From contig JAWANM010000004.1 of assembly GCA_038895375.1 (NCBI GenBank), forward strand, positions 1 through 44,394: a stretch of 44,394 nucleotides of DNA, written 5' to 3'. Both the position numbers and the translations under genes were made by a program. The DNA is from Candidatus Pacearchaeota archaeon (GTDB lineage Archaea > Nanobdellota > Nanobdellia > Pacearchaeales > UBA284). The stretch's first letter is position 1. Each line of letters opens with the position of its first letter. This document shows positions 1 through 8,200 of this stretch, one piece after another. The notes beneath the pieces are model-generated. The model was not told the origin of the DNA and did not search any database. It saw only the letters and a list, made by a program, of their open reading frames with translations.

Positions 1-728
1 AAAATAATTTCGCTTAATCTTATTAAAGAATCTTTTCTAAATCCAAAATATTTAATATCTGTTGCTAAGCCTTTACCTACCCATTTTGCATGCCTAACTA
101 CTTCTTCAAAATTTTCAGGATCATAATGATAAATAATTATTTGAGGATTGAATAAAACTTTATATCTTTCTTTAGTTCTATCTGCAAAATCACTATCTTC
201 TCTATAAAAAATGGCTTCATTGTATCCTCCTAAATCTAAAAAAGTTTTTTTCCGAATTGCAAGAATACATCCAGGTTTATCTTTTGTTAAAATTTGCTTT
301 TTATTTTGCCTTGTAAGCCAAAAAAACCATTTTCTTGCTGCATAGCATTTTCCGATAAATGTTGGACTAGCACCTAACGTTTTTCCTACTAAAGCTTCTA
401 TCTCTTTATTTTGAAAATTTTTTGCTATTTTACTTAAAAAATCTTTTTTAACGAACTGATCCGCATCAATAAAAACTAAAATTTCTCCTCTAGCTTTTTC
501 AGCACCTCTATTTCGAGCAAAAGCAGCTGAATGACCTTGCTTAAATGAAAGTAATTTAATTCTCTTACTTTTTTTCTGAAATTCTTTAACTATTTGCTCT
601 GTTTTATCAGTAGAGCCATCATTAACTACGATGATCTCATAGTCTTTATATTTTTGATTTAGTAACGAAGATAAGCATTTTCCAATATATCTTTCTTCAT
701 TATGAGCAGGGATGATTACGGAAAGCAT
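1..728 (-). CDS. Family 2 glycosyltransferase; N-terminus complete, C-terminus runs off the window
   Basis: Absent from the ORF track because no stop lies in the window. The reverse complement from the ATG at 728 reads MLSVIIPAHNEERYIGKCLSSLLNQKYKDYEIIVVNDGSTDKT, then ...RGEILVFIDADQFV. This is the classic GT-A/GT2 N-terminal fold pattern with a DxD-type motif. Confidence 0.8.
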   Translation of the reverse strand, partial: MLSVIIPAHNEERYIGKCLSSLLNQKYKDYEIIVVNDGSTDKTEQIVKEFQKKSKRIKLLSFKQGHSAAFARNRGAEKARGEILVFIDADQFVKKDFLSKIAKNFQNKEIEALVGKTLGASPTFIGKCYAARKWFFWLTRQNKKQILTKDKPGCILAIRKKTFLDLGGYNEAIFYREDSDFADRTKERYKVLFNPQIIIYHYDPENFEEVVRHAKWVGKGLATDIKYFGFRKDSLIRLSEII

Positions 729-990
729 TTTAAATTTTAAACTTTTATCATTTTAAAATTTTTCAGTATTGCTTTTTAAGTATTTTGAGAAACTAAAAAA
801 CTACCATATCGGCCTTTAAAAGTAGCTCACTATAGTCTTCTAGTCTTCCTTTTTTGGAGGGACTTAATTGTCCATCAACCCTAAGAACCAGTTTTTTGTG
901 CAATAAAATTTGCAGCAATTTTTAAAGTGAACAAAAATTTTATTATTCTAAAATGGTAAAATTTTAAAATGGCCGATTTGATATAATATT

Positions 991-1565
991 ATGTATGATG
1001 CAATTGTTGTTTTAAGTGCAGACGAAAAAACAACTTCTTTAAGAATAAGAAAAGCGTTGGATCTATTTCATGAACAGCAAAAAGAAGGGAAATTGGTAAA
1101 ACTAGTTTTAAATGGCTTCAATACTCGTGAGGCTCATGATCCTGGTTTTGAAGGAGATCTGTGGGAATGATCCAAGATTAAAGCCCTTTGAAAAAGAGAT
1201 CAAGCAAATTTATCCTTATGTTGATATTGTCTATGCCGGCACAACAGAAGAAAACGCCTATACTACAGCAAAAAAAATATAGCGGAAAAAAATTAGCTAT
1301 TGTAACTTCAAGATCTCACGTTAAAAGAACAAAACGTATATTTCGACAATTTTTTACCAATTATTTCAGTTTACACTTTTACAGCGCTTCTTAGTCAAAC
1401 GAAAGAAGGAGACGTGTTAAAGAATTTCTTGCAAGAATGGCAACTTGGTTGGAACTTTATAACTTGCCTCGTGGTTGCAATGAAAAGGTTTTCAAAAAAA
1501 TTTGTCACAGAAAATCCAAGTATGAGCCGCTCAACGAGATAATAGAAAAGATATTAAAAATTTAA
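991..1565 (+). pseudogene. DUF218/YdcF-family gene disrupted by two frameshifts and one in-frame TAG
   Basis: Frame 1 from the ATG at 991 reads MYDAIVVLSADEKTT...LVLNGFNT and stops at 1168. Frame 2 continues ...DPRLKPFEKEIKQIYPYVDIVYAGTTEENAYTTAKK. Frame 0 continues YSGKKLAIVTSRSHVKRTKRIF (the DUF218 pattern T-x-E-N-A ... VTS-x-x-H-x-x-R). A TAG lies at 1392-1394 and the same frame then stays open to 1565. The second shift lies in an A8/A7 homopolymer region. Confidence 0.6.
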
Positions 1566-1676
1566 TGCGTTCTATTTCTTTAACTGGCTAATCCTTCCTT
1601 TCAAGATTTTCTACAACATAAAGAGCAACACAGAAAGGATGGCGGCTATGATTACTAGAATTCAGCAATATAAAGG

Positions 1677-2957
1677 CTACTCAAGCAGCAACTTCCAAAG
1701 CGGCATAAACACTATTTTCTTGCCTTTTATTTTTTCTTCAGAGGCATGATCCATAGTTATAATGAGAAGGTTTTTGCATTTTAGCTCTTCTGATGCTTTT
1801 AACAATGCTTTAATTTCTCGCTCTTTTGTTTCAATATCATTAATGTTATAACAAACTTGGATGAGTTGCTTAACTTTTCTTTTTTCTTTAATTACAAAAT
1901 CAACTTCATAACGATTTTTCCAATAATAAATTTCTTTTCCTTTTCTTTTTAACTCAATAAAAACTAAGTTTTCCATCAATTTTCCTTTATCTTCAATTCC
2001 GAAATGAGTTAAAATGCCATTGTCGACAAAATAAATTTTCGGAATTGATTGTTCTGCTTTTCTATAAGAATAAGAGAACTTTTTTACTTGAAAAACAAAG
2101 AAAACATCTTGTAGTGCTTCAAGATAATTATAAAGAGAATTTTTACTTGCTTTTATTCCTCTAGATTTTATAAAGTGATAAAATTTATTAATTGAAAATT
2201 CTTTTGTTGCAGAACTAATTAAAGAATTGATCAATAGCCTTAACAACTTTATATTTTTTATTTTGTATCTCTCTATAACATCTCTATAGATTGTGGTTTC
2301 GATTATTTCAGAAATTATTTTTTCTTTTCCTCCTGGATACAAAACAACTTCGGGATAGCCTCCAAAAAACAAATAGTTTCTAAATTCTTTAATTATTGTT
2401 GCTTTTTCTCTCGATGATAAATATTTTTTGATTTCAATATTTTTTGCTTTCAAATAATCTCTAAAAGAAAATGGAAAAATTTCATAACTTAAAGTCCTCC
2501 CTCGAAGTTGAGTAGCTATTTCTTTGCTTAAAAATTTTGATGAAGAGCCAGATATAAAAACGTTAATTCCCAGATCGAGTAAAGTTCTAACAAATTTTTC
2601 CCAGCCCTCAACATTTTGGATTTCATCTAGAAAAAACCATATTTTTCTTGTTTTATTTTCTGGATAAATTTCGAAAAAACTTTCTACCAATTTATTCAAA
2701 TCCTCAGCATCTGCTTCTCTTAAATCGCTTCTTTCTAGGTTTAAATACAACACTTGTTTTATTTTTACTTTATCGATTAATTTTTTAATTATCTGAAACA
2801 TAGTATAAGTTTTGCCAGCCCTTCTTGGGCCTATTATCGAGATTGCTCTTTTTATTGGTATTTCAGAAGGAATAGCTATTTCTCTTTCTATAAGCCATGG
2901 AATTCCCTTTTCATGAAAATCTTTTATTATTTCTGCCCATTTTTCTTTATTTATCAT
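1677..2957 (-). CDS. AAA+ ATPase of the archaeal ATPase type (AAA_14 N-terminal domain, DUF4143-like C-terminal domain)
   Basis: 426-aa ORF. Walker A is GPRRAGKT and Walker B-like is WFFLDEIQ. The C-terminal half matches the typical DUF4143 architecture. Confidence 0.85.
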   Translation of the reverse strand: MINKEKWAEIIKDFHEKGIPWLIEREIAIPSEIPIKRAISIIGPRRAGKTYTMFQIIKKLIDKVKIKQVLYLNLERSDLREADAEDLNKLVESFFEIYPENKTRKIWFFLDEIQNVEGWEKFVRTLLDLGINVFISGSSSKFLSKEIATQLRGRTLSYEIFPFSFRDYLKAKNIEIKKYLSSREKATIIKEFRNYLFFGGYPEVVLYPGGKEKIISEIIETTIYRDVIERYKIKNIKLLRLLINSLISSATKEFSINKFYHFIKSRGIKASKNSLYNYLEALQDVFFVFQVKKFSYSYRKAEQSIPKIYFVDNGILTHFGIEDKGKLMENLVFIELKRKGKEIYYWKNRYEVDFVIKEKRKVKQLIQVCYNINDIETKEREIKALLKASEELKCKNLLIITMDHASEEKIKGKKIVFMPLWKLLLE

Positions 2958-3010
2958 GTTCTCTATAGGAAGAAAGAATTTAAAAATCTTTCCCTCTAAA
3001 TAGGGAAACC

Positions 3011-4531
3011 TTAGAACCGCCTCATCAATTCAAAATCTTCTTTTGATACGCCTTTTATAATCCAAAGAGCAAAGAAATAGACAAGAACAGCTGCTATGAT
3101 CATTAAAATTCCAGTCAGTATGTTAAGATTCACGAAATAATCAAAAGCAAAAAGAAAAGCAAGCACGATTGCTGAAGCTAGCAAGGGTTTTGCTATTGAA
3201 GCTATATTTGCTTTTATCTTTAGCTTTTTTCTTGCCAGCACAGCAAGACCTGCCATGTTGCCATATCTAACAAGTAAAGTTGCGAAAGCAACAGCAACCA
3301 AGCCGTATTGAGGCGCTATCAAGAGGCCGGCTTTTATGAAAGCGTAATTTAAAATTATGTTGGCTATTGTCGCTATAATAATTAAAACAGCAGGAATTTT
3401 TGGCTTTTCTTTTGCTTGAAATAAAGCTGCATAGACAGGAGAAAAAGCCGATTCGATGACGAGCAAGCTAAGCAACGCAGAAGTCAGTGTTATCGCTAGC
3501 TCGTATTGCACTGGCACATAAGCCTGACCATAAATAATTTTAATTGCAGGTACAATAGCATAAGCCAAGCCTATGGCTGCGGGAATTGCAATTAAAGCGG
3601 TATAATGAAAAACTTTTTTAAAGCCTCTTTCGATACGGCTTTTTTCAAGTTGTGTAAAGACAGGCAATAGCACTGAGCCAAAAGCGACAAAGCTAGCAAC
3701 AGAGCCGACAATAGCGAAGATGGCATGATAAAAGCCAACAAACTCTGCTGGCAAAAATATACCTAGCATGAAAGTATCGACATGAACAAAAAAAATAAGA
3801 GAAATACTGCTAATGGTTAGCCAACTAAAAAAACCCAACAATCTTTTTTTCTCCTCAGCACTAAGCTCTTGTTTTTCGCCTTTAATCAAAAATCTGTATT
3901 TAAGAGAAAGTATAGAAAAAAGAAAAGCGCAAGAAATAGAAATGGCTATAGACAAAGCAATAAAAACACTTTCTACATTCTTGTAGAATGAGAAAAAAAT
4001 TAAAACCAATGCAATTCTCGAAACTTGAAAAATTATTTCAGTCAAAGCATTATACTTTACTTTTTGCACTGCAAAGAAAATAGAAGTTAAGAAACCTTGT
4101 AAAGATATGACAAACAAGTAAATAGCGCCGATTTGTAAAGGCAAGATAAGTGAACTTTTATTGAATATATAAATTGCAATTTGTTTAGCAAAGGAAAAAA
4201 GTAAAAAAGCAATTATTGCGGTCAAAAAGATTTTAAAATTGAATAAAAAAGCTATCCTTGCTCTTGCTTCTTTTTCTGCTTTCTTTTTCTTTAGCGATTC
4301 TGCAAGATATCTTATGAGCGTTGCATTAAGACCGAGATCTGTAAAAGTTGCGATCGTAAAAATAATTGTCAAAGCAAGATTATAGATACCGAAAAGCTCT
4401 GGAAAAAGAAATCTTGCAACAATGATTGTAAAAATCAAAGCACCTATTCTGCTTATCAAAGTTGTAAGAAAGTTATAAAATACATTCTTTAGAACTTTGT
4501 GCTTTAGATTGTTTTTTAAAATTTTTGTCAT
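3011..4531 (-). CDS. Polysaccharide biosynthesis/flippase protein (MOP/Wzx-like multi-pass membrane protein)
   Basis: 506-aa ORF, hydrophobic throughout with about 12-14 helices and an N-terminal pattern typical of oligosaccharide flippases. The call rests on family resemblance only. Confidence 0.7.
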   Translation of the reverse strand: MTKILKNNLKHKVLKNVFYNFLTTLISRIGALIFTIIVARFLFPELFGIYNLALTIIFTIATFTDLGLNATLIRYLAESLKKKKAEKEARARIAFLFNFKIFLTAIIAFLLFSFAKQIAIYIFNKSSLILPLQIGAIYLFVISLQGFLTSIFFAVQKVKYNALTEIIFQVSRIALVLIFFSFYKNVESVFIALSIAISISCAFLFSILSLKYRFLIKGEKQELSAEEKKRLLGFFSWLTISSISLIFFVHVDTFMLGIFLPAEFVGFYHAIFAIVGSVASFVAFGSVLLPVFTQLEKSRIERGFKKVFHYTALIAIPAAIGLAYAIVPAIKIIYGQAYVPVQYELAITLTSALLSLLVIESAFSPVYAALFQAKEKPKIPAVLIIIATIANIILNYAFIKAGLLIAPQYGLVAVAFATLLVRYGNMAGLAVLARKKLKIKANIASIAKPLLASAIVLAFLFAFDYFVNLNILTGILMIIAAVLVYFFALWIIKGVSKEDFELMRRF

Positions 4532-4548
4532 CTTGCTTTAATGCAGTT

Positions 4549-6267
4549 TTAATCTTTAACTACCATTTTTAAGATGTCTGCAAAAGCAGGCCTTGTTATT
4601 AAAACGCCTATTGTTATGCCTATAAGCGTAGTGACTGCGAAGCCCCTTAGCAAGCCAGCTCCTGCCCACATCAAAGGCAGCATTGCAACAAAAGTTGTTG
4701 CATAAGCTCCAAAAATTATGAAAAAAGCTCTTTTGATTCTTTCCTTAATGCTGTATTGACGCGATGTTCTGCTTTCATCGATCATAACGATTTGATCATC
4801 AACACCTGTTCCTATTGCTGCAATTATTCCGGCAATACTCGGCAAATCAAGATTCCATTTTATAAGAGCTGCTATGCCAAGAATGAGAAAAATTTCTGAA
4901 AAAAGAACTATGATTACAGGCACAAACAAAGCAAGTCTTTTATAACGTAAATAAATTATAAGCAAGACTCCAAAAAGTGCAGCAAAACTTGCTATAAAAA
5001 TGCTTTTCAAAAAATCTTTGCCTAAAACTGGAGAGACGCTATCGAGCTTCACTATTTCTAGCTTTACGGGCAAACTTCCTGTAATGAGAATCGTCTGTAG
5101 TTTTTTCATGCTTTCTTCCGCTTCTTTATAGGCTTCTTCTCTTGTTTTGCCAATACCAGAACCTGTAATTGCAACTTCTGTAGTTTCCTTACCTTTCAAA
5201 TCAGCATCGATGAAAAGTTTATCGACAAGTTTATCATCAAGATATAAGTCTAGAGTTTCGTTAAGATAACGCCTGCCTTCTGTTATGTTCTCCGAAAGTC
5301 TTGCTGTTATGCTTGCTTGCTTTTTCGCAGCTTCTGCACTCAAGTGAACTGCAAAATGAAATCTGCATGCAAAACCGTCTTGCACTTCAAAGCATTCTTT
5401 TATGAAAGCGCAAGATGCGTCGTTTCTGCACACAAAAGTTATGTCTTTTTTTCCTCCTTGGAAAACCGTTTCGTTGCCTATTTTTGCTTCAAATTTTCCT
5501 TGTTTTGATACAAGTTCTCTAAGCTCAGAAGGAGTGGCTCCTGCAACCTCTACAACCATGTAAGTTTCTCCTAAAATGTCTTGTGCTTTTCTTATATTAA
5601 CATCTTTTATGCCGTAAGTATTCAGCCTATAACCAACTGTTTCGATTAAGCTATCGAATTCTTGCTGTGTTATTTTTTCTTGCGGAACAACAAGAGCTCT
5701 AGAGCCACCCTGCAAGTCTAAGCCAGTGGTGATTCTTGTTTTAGGTATTTCGGCAAGCGTAAGACCAAGATCTTGTGACGTTAAGAAAACATACTCTTGC
5801 TTGTTTGTTCTTAAAGTTATTTTTACTTTCGGCTCGAGCTTTTGCTTAATTTCTTCAAAACTATTGCTCTCAATGCTATGATTGTTTATTTTTTTGACTT
5901 TCATTCCTTTTCTTAAGCCGGCCTCGAAAGCTTTTCCATACGCTTCTACTACTGTATCGTTTTCTAGAACAAAATCGAGAGTTTTTGATTCGTAAATGAA
6001 AGTTTTGTTCTCGGCCTCTACTATAAATTTTACCGGAGTTATATTTATTTTAGCTATAGCTTCATAATAATTTTGTAAATTCTCTATTTTTTGTCCGTTT
6101 ATTTCTTTCAAAATTTCGTTTTCTTTTATTCCTGCCATGGCCGAAGAGCTATTTTGAGCGACTTCTTTGATGAGTAGGCCTTTTGTGAAGGCAAGAGGAT
6201 TTATAATGACGAGAGTAAAAACTATAAGAAAAATTATCAACATCCAAATTCTCCATGTGAGTTTCAT
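4549..6267 (-). CDS. secD: Protein-export membrane protein SecD, with an extended extracytoplasmic N-terminal region
   Basis: 572-aa ORF. The C-terminal 6-TM SecD/SecF domain contains ...AAIGTGVDDQIVMIDE.... It sits immediately upstream of, and is co-oriented with, SecF. Confidence 0.85.
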   Translation of the reverse strand: MKLTWRIWMLIIFLIVFTLVIINPLAFTKGLLIKEVAQNSSSAMAGIKENEILKEINGQKIENLQNYYEAIAKINITPVKFIVEAENKTFIYESKTLDFVLENDTVVEAYGKAFEAGLRKGMKVKKINNHSIESNSFEEIKQKLEPKVKITLRTNKQEYVFLTSQDLGLTLAEIPKTRITTGLDLQGGSRALVVPQEKITQQEFDSLIETVGYRLNTYGIKDVNIRKAQDILGETYMVVEVAGATPSELRELVSKQGKFEAKIGNETVFQGGKKDITFVCRNDASCAFIKECFEVQDGFACRFHFAVHLSAEAAKKQASITARLSENITEGRRYLNETLDLYLDDKLVDKLFIDADLKGKETTEVAITGSGIGKTREEAYKEAEESMKKLQTILITGSLPVKLEIVKLDSVSPVLGKDFLKSIFIASFAALFGVLLIIYLRYKRLALFVPVIIVLFSEIFLILGIAALIKWNLDLPSIAGIIAAIGTGVDDQIVMIDESRTSRQYSIKERIKRAFFIIFGAYATTFVAMLPLMWAGAGLLRGFAVTTLIGITIGVLITRPAFADILKMVVKD

Positions 6268-6268
6268 T

Positions 6269-7375
6269 TTATGCTATGTTATTTTTATGACAATACCATT
6301 TAAGTATTGACGCATTTCCAAACCATGTTGAAATCAAGTCTATGAAAAGACCTGCTGCAAGAATAAAAAAGATTTGTTTTAAGACAACAGAAGTAACAAT
6401 AAAATATGCAAAGAGAACTGCTACAAGACTTGTTAAGGTCATGGTTACGCCTGTTTTAAAAGCCGACTTTATTCTGCTATTCAAACTTTCTTCTCTTCTT
6501 TTTAGAACTTTCGTTGTAAGCATAATGTCTGTATCGATAGAATAACCTATAAGCATTAACAAAGCCGCAATCCCTGCTGTAGAAATGCTAAAGTTGAAAA
6601 GATTTGCAATCGCAAGAGCTCCTAGAACATCGGTAATTGCTGCAAGAACAACTGCAACACAAGGAATAAATTTTTTGAAAAGAATAAAAATAGTTGCTGT
6701 CATGAATGTGAAAGCTAGTAAAACAGCAATCACAAGTTCTTTGAAAAAGCTTTTGCTCAGACTTGGACTTATGCTTTCTATACTAGAATTTTCTTCCGTC
6801 AGTTCAAAATTGAAATATTGCTCCAAGGCTTCTTTCAAAATTGTCGAATTTGTTTTTGATTCGATAAAGATGCCTATTTGCTTGCCTGTAGAAACATCAT
6901 GAAGTTTTCTTACAACAACCGCTTCTTTTAGTTTGCCTTGTAAAAAACTAGAAAGCTCTTTTAGATCATAAGACTGCGATGTGTGCACAGTAATGATCGT
7001 TCCTCCAGTCAGGCTAACGTCTTTTTTCATTATATCTCCAGTAGTAAAATAAGTATAGCCAATTACTGTTATAGCCAATACTAAAATTGCAATTGAAATA
7101 AAAAGAAAAAGTTTATAGTGCTTATCATACCACTCTGAACTCAAAAATTTTGGCCTTTTTTCTTTTATTTCTTCGTTTTCTTTTTTTGAATCTTTTTCTA
7201 AAACTTTCTCTTGAAGCTTTGCTTGCTTTTCATCTTGCTTCTCTTCGGCTTTTTCTCTGCTTTCTTGAGTTTCGCTTTTTTTCATTTGCTCTTCGGTTTC
7301 TGTTATCTTTTGCTCTTGCTCGTCCATTTTATTTCCATCCATATTTCTTTTAAATATCTTTGCATAATTAAACAA
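6269..7375 (-). CDS. secF: Protein-export membrane protein SecF, with a Lys/Glu-rich N-terminal extension
   Basis: 368-aa ORF. The SecF membrane domain contains ...LLMLIGYSIDTDIMLTTKVLKR.... It lies 1 nt from the secD start. The first roughly 75 aa are low-complexity K/E-rich, so the true start is uncertain. Confidence 0.85.
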   Translation of the reverse strand: MFNYAKIFKRNMDGNKMDEQEQKITETEEQMKKSETQESREKAEEKQDEKQAKLQEKVLEKDSKKENEEIKEKRPKFLSSEWYDKHYKLFLFISIAILVLAITVIGYTYFTTGDIMKKDVSLTGGTIITVHTSQSYDLKELSSFLQGKLKEAVVVRKLHDVSTGKQIGIFIESKTNSTILKEALEQYFNFELTEENSSIESISPSLSKSFFKELVIAVLLAFTFMTATIFILFKKFIPCVAVVLAAITDVLGALAIANLFNFSISTAGIAALLMLIGYSIDTDIMLTTKVLKRREESLNSRIKSAFKTGVTMTLTSLVAVLFAYFIVTSVVLKQIFFILAAGLFIDLISTWFGNASILKWYCHKNNIA

Positions 7376-7413
7376 GCAAAACTTTTAAACTTTCTTGACT
7401 TTTTTGCTTAGGA

Positions 7414-7484
7414 GCGCCAGTAGTCTAGCGGTAGGACCTTAGCCTTCCAAGCTAATGACCCGGGTTCGAATCCCGGCTGGCGCA
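7414..7484 (+). tRNA. tRNA-Gly (anticodon TCC)
   Basis: Hand-folded cloverleaf. Acceptor GCGCCAG/CTGGCGC, D arm GTCT-AGCGGTA-GGAC, anticodon arm TTAGC-CTTCCAA-GCTAA, T arm CCGGG-TTCGAAT-CCCGG, discriminator A. No CCA is encoded. Confidence 0.9.
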
Positions 7485-7538
7485 TTTCTGAGTAGTCCTG
7501 AAGCCGAGAAACTAGAAATACGATTTGCTCGAAAGAAA

Positions 7539-8129
7539 TTATTCTGCATGCCAGCTCGTCGGTTCTATCGCTTCTATTACGCCTAGAAAAACTATTAAAA
7601 ATAAAAACAATAAAAGTATTGAGGGAATCAAAAGAATATCAAAAGTTATGTTGCCATAAACAAGAATTATTGCAATACATCCTAAAAAGTTTAAAAACAA
7701 ACCAGAAGAAATACCGAAAGCAAATTTTTTTGGCAAGGCATGAGTAAAATTCAAAAAGAAAAGTAAAGCTGCTTCAAAAACAACAAAAGCAGCTATACAA
7801 ATTTTTATAAAATTTTCCTGTGAGCCAGAAAAAGAAATTCCGTTATGAAAAGAAAGTTGTTTCAGCACGCCTTGCGTCGATAGATAAGAAAAAAGATTCA
7901 TTCCGACAAAAAATAAAGCCAAAGAATTGCTCACAGCAGAATTCCAGCCAAGTTCCTCATGTTTATAATGACCAAAATAAATTTCAATTACAAAGAGAGC
8001 TGTAAGCAAAGGGATCAACATCCAAAGCATTGTAGCATGGCGCAACGGTTCTGTTACAATCTCTTTAGATTTATCGAATATCATCAAAAGCGCCAGAGTA
8101 AAATTTTCTCTAAACACAACCCACTCCAT
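7539..8129 (-). CDS. Hypothetical multi-pass membrane protein
   Basis: 196-aa ORF with about 6 hydrophobic segments. No recognisable motif. Confidence 0.5.
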   Translation of the reverse strand: MEWVVFRENFTLALLMIFDKSKEIVTEPLRHATMLWMLIPLLTALFVIEIYFGHYKHEELGWNSAVSNSLALFFVGMNLFSYLSTQGVLKQLSFHNGISFSGSQENFIKICIAAFVVFEAALLFFLNFTHALPKKFAFGISSGLFLNFLGCIAIILVYGNITFDILLIPSILLLFLFLIVFLGVIEAIEPTSWHAE

Positions 8130-8200
8130 TTTACCTCTTTTTTAACTTGAAAACAATTGCGTATAAAAAGTTTTTTAATGCTTAAAAGCGTTTAAAGGTT

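Noticed and set aside
806-984. ATATCGGCC ... GGCCGAT(TT)GATAT imperfect inverted repeat enclosing about 150 bp between the GT2 gene and the DUF218 pseudogene, as a possible MITE
   Set aside because: Only 7 contiguous complementary bases, with indels needed beyond them. There are no target-site duplications and no second copy in the window.
1392-1394. In-frame TAG in the DUF218 gene as possible pyrrolysine or readthrough recoding
   Set aside because: The same gene also carries two frameshifts, TAG is used as a normal stop elsewhere in the window, and no pyl genes are seen. Pseudogene or assembly error is simpler.
5317-5508. Numerous 60-150 aa track ORFs lying antisense or out of frame inside long, well-supported genes. 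Examples: 5317..5508, 6342..6545, 6585..6902, 7150..7411, 8449..10602 set, 11006..11501, 15678..16241, 18020..18658, 20212..20931, 21048..22475, 33195..35475, 40237..40967, 42857..43720.
   Set aside because: They have low-complexity or hydrophobic nonsense composition typical of shadow ORFs in AT-rich DNA. Each is fully overlapped by a gene with clear family motifs.
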